From Octopus vulgaris (Eukaryota): DNA of 64,000 nucleotides. The notes beneath the pieces are model-generated. The model made no database searches. It was not told where the DNA came from and saw only the letters and a program-made list of their open reading frames with translations. The stretch lies in assembly GCA_951406725.2 (NCBI GenBank), contig OX597827.1, positions 42,966,001 through 43,030,000 of the forward strand. Direction: 5' to 3'. Below, in pieces: positions 54,390 to 64,000 of the stretch. The translations under genes and the position numbers were made by a program. Position 1 is the stretch's first letter. Every line of letters begins with the position of its first letter.

Positions 54390-54431
<42 letters not shown>

Positions 54432-54594
54432 GACGGGCTTCTTTCAGTTTCTGAATACCAAATCCACTCACAAGGCTTTGGTCGGCCCGAGGCTATAGAA
54501 GAAGACACTTGCCTAAGGTGCCACGCAATGGGACTGAAACCGGAACCATGTGGTTGGTAAGCAAGCTAATTACCACAAAGCCACTCCTGCGCCT
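53660..54594 (-). mobile_element. SINE family A split by an insertion in its internal (TA)n
   Basis: Tail half 53660-53860, head half 54430-54594. Confidence 0.85.
54158..54391. repeat. near-perfect inverted repeat with ~110-bp arms and ~12-nt spacer
   Basis: AGCAAAATTTAGGAACGGCC...GGAGAAAATTAAAAAA mirrored by TTTTTTAAATTTTCTCC...GGCCGTTCCTAAATTTTGCT. Confidence 0.95.
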
Positions 54595-54614
54595 ATTATT
54601 ATTATTATTATTAA

Positions 54615-54671
<57 letters not shown>

Positions 54672-54674
54672 TAC

Positions 54675-54732
<58 letters not shown>

Positions 54733-54905
54733 TTATATGTGTGTGTTTATGTTTGTGTGCAATGCTGTGTTCGTCCCCCTTCATCGCTTTGACAACTGAT
54801 GTTGGAGTGTTTAAGTCCCCGTAACTTAGCGGTCCTGTGGTCGATTTGTTCGGCTAAAGGTGGCGCTCCAGCATGGCCGCGATGAAATGCCTGAAACAAG
54901 TAAAA

Positions 54906-54938
<33 letters not shown>

Positions 54939-55063
54939 AATGAATGTTTTTATATATAATGAACGTGAAATACAGGAAGGGACGAACACGGAACACAGAC
55001 AAATCATTCGAAGCCTTCAATCTTCAGTCAGACACCGAATCATCATAGCAAATTTCGGCTGTT

Positions 55064-55120
<57 letters not shown>

Positions 55121-55407
55121 TTGGTTTCAGATTTTGTCAGAAGGCCAACAATTGCGGGGAAATGGATAAGTCGATTACTTCGACCCCAGTACGCAACTGC
55201 TACTTAAGTTGTCGACACCGAAAGAATGAAAGACAAAGTCGACCTCGGCAGAATTTGAACTCAGAACCTAAACACGGACGAAATGCCGCTCAGCAGGAAA
55301 AATGGAACAACTAGTTTGCATACCAGAAGTGTTAATACTTTCTTTTAGATATTAGGAACCTACCAACGGGGATTTTAATCTACACAATATCAAAGTAAGC
55401 TATAATA

Positions 55408-55723
55408 TCACGTGATCACATGACCAACCAGGCTATCAGATGTTGCTACACATCGCTGGTCACAATGCGCTTCGCCTTATTTTAGCTATCAAATGACGCC
55501 ACCCCGTTGGCTAAGCGAACAGGCCAACAGAAGAAAGAGTGAGAGAAAGTTGTGGCGAAAGAGTACAGCAGGGGTCAACCCCCCCAACACACCTGCCGGA
55601 GCCTCGTGGAACATTTAGGTGTTTTTGCTCAATAAACACTCGCAAGGCCCGGTCTGGGAATCGAAACAGCGATCCTCCGACCGCGAGTCCGCTGCCCTAA
55701 CCACTGGGTCATTGCGCCTCCAC
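55408..55723 (-). mobile_element. SINE family C
   Basis: Full-length reverse copy. Confidence 0.9.
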
Positions 55724-56693
55724 ATGCTATAATATATGTAATATATATTTTATCTGTCCGTTTCATTCTGTGGGAGGGGTAAAAAACTGACACCTCTTTC
55801 CGTCTCTTTTCAATAATATTCGTCTGTTTACCCATACAACTCTAAGAAGCGGACGTGTGTACGTAAATCAACATCAAAGTCCACCCTCAGTTGCGTTGTG
55901 GTCGTTTGTGTGCATCCATGACTCTGAGAGCTATACCAGCGAAACGCAAAGGGCTCCTACGCCGGACTCATCAAAGGATAGAGGCCAGACTGTTATGGAC
56001 CATATATTCCCAAAAATAAAAATGGGCATGTGTAGTGCCAACACTCCTACCACGAAAAAGTAAAAATAAAAGTGGAGTTACCGAAGCATCGATGACAATT
56101 CAAAACCAAAATCTGGGAGAAGAAAACGTTAACCTCACGGAAACATAATCCAGTGCAGTAAAATCCAAAAGGAAGCTGCAAGCGAGTGGAGAAAAGCAGG
56201 AATTCAAATGGTGCGTAGAAGAGACAGGCTAGAGTTGAAACCGGTGGAGATAAGTTGTTGACAGTATAAGCTTCATAGGGGGCAAAGAGCATAACCCTTT
56301 AGCATTCAGATTACTCTGTCAAATGTAATACTTATTTATCACATTTCTTTAAAATTAATCATATATTATCTTGTAGATTAGGGATTTCGAAGGTGTTTGG
56401 TTTTAGAATGACATTACAAGATAGGTGTAAGATACTGAATCTAACCAGTTTGAACATGCAACAGGTAGAAAATTTGAGCTGTATATGACCGGCTTAAATG
56501 CTAAAGGGGTATATATATTTATATGTGTGTGTGTGTATGTTTGTGTGCATGTCTGTGTTCGTCCCCCTTCATCGCTTTGACAACCGATGTTGGAGTGTTT
56601 ACGTCCCCGTAACTTAGCGGTCCTGTGGTCGATTTGTTCGGCTAAAGGTGGTGCTCCAGCATGGCCGCGATGAAATGCCTGAAACAAGTAAAA

Positions 56694-56744
<51 letters not shown>

Positions 56745-56792
56745 CCCCAGCATGGCCACAGCTCATGAGCTGAAACTAGAATCAATCAATCA

Positions 56793-56848
<56 letters not shown>

Positions 56849-57716
56849 CATACATACATATATTAGTTTCAGATTTTGGCAGAAGGCCAACAATTGCGGG
56901 AAAATGGATAAGTCAATTACATCGACCTCAGTACGCAACTGGTACGTAAGTTGTCGACCCCGAAAGAATGAAAGGCAAAGTCGACCTCGGCAGAATTTGA
57001 ACTCAGAACCTAAACACTGACGGAAACACTCCAACATCGGTAAGCGTACATTAATCCTTTTCTCGTCACTGACGATTACAGCGAGGCCTATGAAACCTTC
57101 ATTGCTGGAGCGATTTTGATTTAATACTCCTTGTAACAATGGCTGATACAGATTGAGTTGTTCCTCAGTTTTGCTTTGTCATGGACCCCCTAAAGATAAA
57201 ATCGGGCGTGCCATCATGAAATATGACTTTTCTTGCTGGGTACTTAATCGAAGCAGGGTGCGGGGAGAGGTGCCATTCAAGGTTTGAGCACAAGAGACTT
57301 CTTGCAAGAAAAGAGAGAGGATAAGAGACAAGAAATAGAAGTTAAAAGACGGACCCGGCTCCGCTACAGTAATGGTACTTTTAATTGACACCGAAAAGGT
57401 GAACAGTAAAACTGACCTTCACTGAATTTGAACTCAGAGTTCAGAGAGCCGGAACGAATATTGCGACTCATTCTATACGACGCTCTGAAGACTGCCAATT
57501 CGCCGCCCCCGCATTCCTTCAGTGTATTTAAATGTACACACTCACAAGTACACGTACACACATGCACACATGCACACATACACATACATATACATACACA
57601 CACACATACATAATGTATATGTGTGTGAGTGTATTTATATAAAACACAGACATACATGTGTGTATATAGAGATACATACATACATACATACATACATACA
57701 TACATACATACATACA

Positions 57717-57748
<32 letters not shown>

Positions 57749-58599
57749 GAGAGATAGAGAGAGAGAGGGAGAGAGGAGGAGCTGAGAGAGAAAAGGAGAG
57801 GGAGACCAGAGGAAAACGAAGAAGAGAGAAGAGAGATGAAAAATGAAAGAGAGAGGAGAAAGTGAAGTAGGAGATGGAGAGAGAAAGAAAAAGAGGAGAG
57901 AGGAGAAAATAAGAAGATAAAGAAGGAGGGAGAAGCAAGGAAGCGAGAGAGAGAGAGAAGTAGTGAGGGATACCAGGGGAAAGTGCGGGAGAGACAGGAG
58001 AGAAGGAAAGAGAAGGAGAGGGAAGGAAGAGAAGGGAGTGATGGGGGAGAGAAAGTAAAAAGAGGGGAGAGGAGATAAAGAAGGAGGGAGAAGTGAGGGA
58101 GCGAGGGAGGGAGATAGAGAGAGGAGACGAGATAAAGAAGGAGGGAGAAGTGAGGGAGCGAAGGAGGGAGAGAGAGACAGAGAGAGAGGAGATAAGAAGA
58201 TAAAGGAGGGAGAAGTGAAGGAGCGAGGGAGGGAGAGAGAGAGGAGGTGAGAGAGAAGGAGAGAGGGAGACCAGGGGAAAGTGAGGGAGAAGGACAGAGA
58301 GAAGGAGAGAGGAGAAAGACAAGGGGGGGATGGGGAGAGAAAGAAAAAAGAGGAAAGAGGAGAAGATAAGGAGACAAAGAAGGAGGGAGAAGCGAAGGAG
58401 CGAGGGACAGAGAGAGAGAGAGAGAGAGAGTGTGTGAGAGAAATTGGTAGAGAGGAAAGGCAAGAATTTGCCTAATTAATTATAGTTTAGAGAATACTTG
58501 ATTGTGAGTGCAATGTTACACATGAACGAACATGAAGTGTGCTCTAGGCCTGGCCTGTTCTTTAGTACACACACACTCATAGCTATTCGTTTATATTGT

Positions 58600-59032
58600 T
58601 TTGGCGGTTTCTAATAACTGACTGCGAGGCCATACTGGAGCACTGTCTTCAACAGACGGCTTTCATCGTTTGAATCGAGCCCTAGGCTACGAAAGAAATA
58701 AAAAGGGCCAAATTGATTTGAGCGCAAATTTGGACTCAAAGTACAAAGAGATGGGATCACGTTAGATTTCCTCCAGCCACCAGGCTATCGTTTTATTGTT
58801 TCAATGGACTGCGGCCATACTGGTGCACTGACTTGAACAGACAGCTTTCATCGTTTGAATCGAGCCCTAGGCTACGAAAGAAATAAAAAAGAGCCAAATT
58901 GATTTGAGCGCAATTTGGACTCAAAGTACAAAGAGATGGGATCACGTTAGATTTCCTCCAGCCACCAGGCTATCGTTTTATTGTTTCAATGGACTGCGGC
59001 CATACTGGTGCACTGACTTGAACAGACAGCTT
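58600..59032. repeat. ~185-bp local tandem duplication (2.3 copies)
   Basis: GACTGCGGCCATACTGG at about 58620, 58807, 58992. Confidence 0.85.
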
Positions 59033-59144
59033 TGAGTATGAGACACTGGAAGAAGAAAAATTAAAGGCAAGGTTGACCTGAGTGTAATTTGGTCTTAAAG
59101 TACAAACGGATGATTCTTCTTTTTGAATTACTTTTTTATTCTTT

Positions 59145-59518
59145 TACTCTTTCACTTGTTTCAGTCATTTGACTGAGGCCATGCTGGAGTACCGCCTTTA
59201 GTCAAGCAAATCGACCCCAGGACATATTCTTTGTAAGCCTAGTACTTATTCTATCAGTCTCTTTTGCCAAACCGTTAAGTTACGGGGAGGTAAACACACC
59301 AGCATCGGTTGTCAAGCGATGTTGGGGGGACAAACACTGACACACAAATACACACGCATACATATACATATATATGACGGGCTTCTTTCAGTTTCCGTCT
59401 ACCAAATCCACCCACAAAGCTTTGTGAGATACTTGCCCAAGGTTCCACGCAGTGGGACTGAACCCGGAACCATGTGGTTAGTAAGCAGGCTACCTACCAC
59501 ACAGACACTCCTGCACCT
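59145..59518 (-). mobile_element. SINE family A
   Basis: Reverse copy with internal deletion. Confidence 0.85.
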
Positions 59519-60509
59519 TCAAGTTTTCACCAGATTATCTTCAAAACTGTTGTCTTGCATACTGATGTCGAAAATTGTATTAATCCCCCCACCCGCTCCC
59601 AGAAAATGATAAGAAATTACCAGGGTAGAAAATTTTTTAGAATCTGGTAAAATTTTGAAAAAATTTCAAGTGGTTGAAAGGAATTTAATAAGATCCAAGG
59701 GATGTAAGCAAATACCACAAAACTTTTCGTTCGTCGACGCTCAACCGATCCTGGGAATTACTCGTCCATATGCCTCTGTCGCCAAATTTTTTTAGTTATT
59801 TTAATATAAGAAGTTCGCTTCGCAAGCACATAGTATCGGGTTCGGTTCTACTGCGCGGCAATTTGGGCAAGTGGCTTCTTCTATAACCTCGGGCCGTCAA
59901 ATACCTTGTAAGTAAATTCGATAGATGGAAGCTCTATGGAAGACTGTCCATGGACAGTCTTCCATACAGTTAAAAATTCTTTTTAATCTCACAAGAGGAT
60001 GAAAGGCAAAGTTGACTCTTGCAGAATTTGAAAGCAGATCGTAAAGAGTCGTAGCTAAAATAAAACCAATATTATTAATACAGTTAATATTTCAGGGTAG
60101 GTGACCCATTGAATTTCCGACAACCGTGACCGACCAGGCTATCAGATGTTGCTACTCATCGCTGGTCACAATGCGCTTCGCATTGTTTTTAGCCTTCAAA
60201 TGATGTCACCCCGCTGGCTAAGCGGGCTAGCCAACAGAAGAAAGAGTGAGAAAAAGTTGTGGCGAAAGAGTACGGCAGGGGTCGGCACCGCCACTGCCGG
60301 AGCCTCGTGGAGCTTTTTAGGTGTTTCCAGGGAAAATCATGAACAGGGACATGAAATTCACGTGTCCGCAGGGGACCTTCTTCTTAGGCAACTCACAGAT
60401 GGCGTTGAGCGTTCTTGTGTTATTTTAAATTGTTCACACTGCAGTTGCTTATGGTGATTTCCCGATATCGTAGGATTCCCAGATTATTTTGCTTAGATTT
60501 AATCATAAC

Positions 60510-60978
60510 GATGACTTCGAAGAGAGATGTGAATGTCACTGATGATGTACAACGTAAAACATTCAGTCCATATCGATTCAAGAGAAACTTGAACTGTTGA
60601 AGAGAACTAGGCTGTGGTGTTTCAGTGCATATACTATGTAAAATCTATGGTAACGGTTTATCAACTGTTTGTGGAATACAGAAGCAAAGTCGAAAAGTAT
60701 TGAAATTCTATACGAACAGCGATTCTAAGAAGCCAATGACTATAAGAAAAACAATGAAATATGATAACAGTTACTTAGCATGATCAAGTGATTACAGAAT
60801 GGTTTCTACAACGTCGGAGTGGTTTCTACAACGTCGGGGTGATGCATTAGAATTATCAGATAGGTTGATAATGGAGCAGGTTCAATTGTTCCATAAAGAA
60901 CTTGAATTAGAACGTGAGTGGGTTCGTAGTGAAGGATGGCTTCAAAAATTCAAGAAGCATAAGAGAATTTCCTTCTAT
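60510..60978 (+). pseudogene. Tigger/pogo-family transposase N-terminal remnant (CENP-B-type HTH)
   Basis: EWFLQRR...LSDRLIMEQVQLFHKEL...SEGWLQKFKKHKRI matches the WF..R....S...L.EKA...S.GWL..FK.RHGI pattern; interrupted by hAT TIR CAGTGTTTCCCAAC near 60992. Confidence 0.8.
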
Positions 60979-61617
60979 AATACGCATAGAGCAGTGTTTC
61001 CCAACTTATTTTCCCCTAGGTCCTACTATAACTTTCTAGAAAAATGTATGCCCCACCGGTGGTTGAAAAAAATCAGCTTTATTTTTAATATTTCATAATT
61101 ATATCACCGTGATTACCGTGACCGACCAGGCTATCAAATGTTACTACACATCGCTGGTCACAATGCGCTTCGCATTGTTTTTAGCCTTCAAATGACGCCA
61201 CCCCGTTGGCTAAGCGAGCAAAGAGTGAAAGAAAGTTGTGGCGAAAGAGAACAGCAGGGATCACCACATACATACGTACATGTAATACAATACAATACAA
61301 TACGATACATACATAGAGCGTGGAGCATGGGAAAGCGATCGAATTGAAGACGCGTGCAAACAAACGTAAAAAAGAAAATGTCGAAAAATAGCGCAACAAT
61401 AATAATACATTATTTTCTGACCTTTTAGCGACGATATTTTTGATTAAACTTCAATCAATAACCTACACAGTACGCACTGCATGCGCTCAATATTACGGTA
61501 TTTGCCTGCACGGAACGAATAGAAGCCCGCACAGATAACATGTTCAACGTCACCAGACGATTCATGCTGGCTTCCATATCTACAAACGTTATTTCTCCTA
61601 ACTTATTATCATTATTA

Positions 61618-61659
<42 letters not shown>

Positions 61660-61877
61660 CTTCCGACGCCGATGGACGTACGTGAATCAGCTCTGTGAGT
61701 TTTGTGCCAATTTTATTGGAAATTTTTTAATAGGCTTGAATATTTTTTAATATTTTTGTAGCCAAACCGACCGGCTTCTTGCGGAGCTCGTCGGTTGGGC
61801 GAAAATTTTGCCCCTTCGGGGTGAAATTACTGTCTATCCTTTTGAAATTGACATTTTTTGCACACACACATTACAAA

Positions 61878-63344
61878 ATGGCACTAAAACGAGCTGCTGG
61901 CTCTTCCCTCCTTCTTGCAACACCCCCTACAAGAACAAAAAAAATAACGTCACGGGTTACGTACAACCCATTTCAGGCCGTAAAAGGCAACAAAGCTCCT
62001 CCTTCCGAACCGGAGAGCACGCGCTCGGTTCAAAAGGAGAATGCATGCCAGGACGTCGCGTTCGACGTCACTCTTGATTTCCCCCCTCTGCCTTCAACAA
62101 GTGATGCTGTACCGAAGGGGGAGGTAAAGAAAATTATAACAGACACAAACACAGACAAGAACCAACAAAAAACTGTAAAAGCTTCTAACGATTTTGCTTC
62201 TGCTGCGAAGCAAATTTCGGAAGATGTAGAAATTACAATGGAGGACATAAAAATGGCACAAGATTTGTTGAGAAAGGAGGGGAACAGTGTTTTCCTCAAC
62301 ACACCTCAACAACTCACACAAGAAACAAGCAAAAGAACAATCTTTTATAAAGTCTTCGAAAAGAAAACTAAAAGATTGTTTAACGCCACACCACAACAGT
62401 TGGAGATGGCTCTGAAGCCCATTTGGGGCCAGAAGAGCTATGTGACAAGAGGGAAGCGATTTGGAACCGTGGAGGTTCGCTTCCCAACAGAGGAGCTTGC
62501 AAGGGCAAACGCCATTTCGCCCTTGCAAAATGAACATTTGTTCCTCGTCCCGACGTACCTCGGGCGTAAGGTACAAAAAATAACCATAAGCACAATACCC
62601 CCCGAACAGAAAATCTCATGGCTAGTGGCGGCTGTCCTCTATGGCATAGAGGACACTGCCACTATTCTGAATGTTCGGAGGGTACGAGAAAAGAACTGGT
62701 CAGGCATGGGTATTCAACTGCTGGTACAGATCCAGCAGGAAAACATCAATGCCATACCTGACTTTGTCATCTTGCTGGATGGGACCAGGCTAAATGTTAT
62801 TGTAGAGGGGCGAAAGCCAAAATGTTTCCTCTGCAGTAGCGAAAGCCACCTAAAAAGGGACTGCCCCATTCAAAAAAAGAGAATGGAGGAGTATAGCAAG
62901 AGGCAGCAGCAACAACAACAACAACAACAACAACACAAGCAACAACAACAGAAACAACAAAAACAGCAAGAAAAACCAAAGGCTGCCACACCACCAACAC
63001 CATCACCAACACCAGCACCAAGACGAACAACACCACCTCCAACAACAACAACCACCACCAAACCAACACCGACAACCACCACCAAACCAACACCGACACC
63101 AGTACCTCGAAGGTCGACAGCAGCGACATCAACAGTAACAGGAGCAGCGGCACCACCGATACCGGCGGAACCTAAAACTTTTCGTCCTGCTACTGAAGCA
63201 GACCCCTCAACCATTCCTTTGCCGGATGAAGAGATCTCGGATTGTGCGAGCTCGGATTCCAACAAAGGAGAATGGAATATAGTACCTCCAAAAAGAAAAG
63301 GAGGAAAAAACAAAAAGTTTTACAGGGGAAGCACGAACAAATAG
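61878..63344 (+). CDS. LINE ORF1p (RRM-like region, single CCHC knuckle, Q/PT-rich tail)
   Basis: Open frame of 488 codons from ATG 61878; VEVRF, VIVEGRKPKCFLCSSESHLKRDCP (CX2CX4HX4C); basic W.IV..KRK motif. Confidence 0.85.
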   Translation: MALKRAAGSSLLLATPPTRTKKITSRVTYNPFQAVKGNKAPPSEPESTRSVQKENACQDVAFDVTLDFPPLPSTSDAVPKGEVKKIITDTNTDKNQQKTVKASNDFASAAKQISEDVEITMEDIKMAQDLLRKEGNSVFLNTPQQLTQETSKRTIFYKVFEKKTKRLFNATPQQLEMALKPIWGQKSYVTRGKRFGTVEVRFPTEELARANAISPLQNEHLFLVPTYLGRKVQKITISTIPPEQKISWLVAAVLYGIEDTATILNVRRVREKNWSGMGIQLLVQIQQENINAIPDFVILLDGTRLNVIVEGRKPKCFLCSSESHLKRDCPIQKKRMEEYSKRQQQQQQQQQQHKQQQQKQQKQQEKPKAATPPTPSPTPAPRRTTPPPTTTTTTKPTPTTTTKPTPTPVPRRSTAATSTVTGAAAPPIPAEPKTFRPATEADPSTIPLPDEEISDCASSDSNKGEWNIVPPKRKGGKNKKFYRGSTNK

Positions 63345-63795
63345 TACTTCCCAACATCAACAACAACATCAACAACAACACACACTCACAACAACAAACA
63401 ACAACAACAACACTTTCGACACCACTACTGCCACTACCACAGACACAAACAAACACAGACACAATTACAGACACGATTACAGCAGTGAATACAAGAAACC
63501 AGGAACTGGTTGAGTATTTGAAAAACAAAACAAGCACAAACATTACAGATTTCATAATACCTACACACAACACACCACCAGCACACATTCTCACAATAAA
63601 AATAAACAAAACAGTGTACAATGAAATAAAACAAATATTCCCTAACGATGTGGGATCGTTAGGGAAAAGTTTCTCTCAGAAACTTTACAAAAATATTATT
63701 GAAGCACCCGTGCAAAAGCACAAGGGAGCCACCCCCACCACCAACAACAGTAAGTAGAGCCTTTTTTCTCCTTTTTTTTCCCTAATTCTTGAGAC

Positions 63796-64000
63796 ATGGC
63801 AAATCTTAGAATCGGTTGCTTGAATGTGAGAGGCCTCGGGTCACCTTGGAAACAGGGTCACCTGTTAAACGACCTGAGGTTTCATGATGTGGATATAGCA
63901 GCCATCAGTGAAACCAGGCTCTCCGACCCGCAGGAACTCGCAGCCCTTTTCGGCGGATACGAGATATTTCTATCTCCGTGTCGGCCGGGAGCGGGCGGTG
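63796..64000 (+). CDS. LINE ORF2p N-terminus, APE-type endonuclease (partial, runs off window)
   Basis: MANLRIGCLNVRGLGSPWKQGHLLNDLRFHDVDIAAISETRL: NVRGL and D....SET motifs of L1/Tx1 endonucleases; not in the ORF track because there is no stop in the window. Confidence 0.9.
   Translation, partial: MANLRIGCLNVRGLGSPWKQGHLLNDLRFHDVDIAAISETRLSDPQELAALFGGYEIFLSPCRPGAGG

Larger units (their letters stand above)
61659..64000 (+). mobile_element. L1/Tx1-clade LINE, 5' portion (continues beyond window)
   Basis: 5' UTR directly after an (ATT)n tract, ORF1 with zinc knuckle, ORF2 APE start. Confidence 0.9.

Noticed and set aside
56047-56292. Helitron helicase-like 'RLQLPF' peptide
   Set aside because: Too short and the flanking motifs (AFAMTINK) are absent
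57364-58463. 337-aa and 311-aa Leu/Ser-rich ORFs
   Set aside because: Antisense of a GA-rich low-complexity tract

Overview
Repeat-saturated, AT-rich animal genomic DNA. The SINE families and very dense (TA)n/(CA)n/(TACA)n microsatellites look like an Octopus/cephalopod genome, which is an inference from recognising the repeats. I found no credible host protein-coding gene, and almost all entries in the ORF track are microsatellite translations. Real coding remnants: an apparently young L1/Tx1-clade LINE (ORF1 plus the start of the ORF2 APE endonuclease, 61.7-64 kb), a Tx1-like ORF2 3' end, Penelope-like (GIY-YIG) remnants, RTE remnants and a Tigger/pogo transposase remnant. Non-coding elements include hAT MITEs, a Helitron-like element, many tRNA-SINEs, a 5S-rRNA-headed SINE-like chimera and a tRNA-Val-headed chimera. 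The main signal is RNA structure: the window holds many hammerhead ribozyme (HHR) motifs in (TA)n-embedded Penelope/retrozyme-like elements. These include type I HHRs with compensated core variants (U3-A8, A3-U8). Two sequence-unrelated repeat families carry all hammerhead core elements in a non-canonical, pseudoknotted strand order that fits none of types I, II or III, with compensatory changes between copies. All structures were folded by eye and none is tested.
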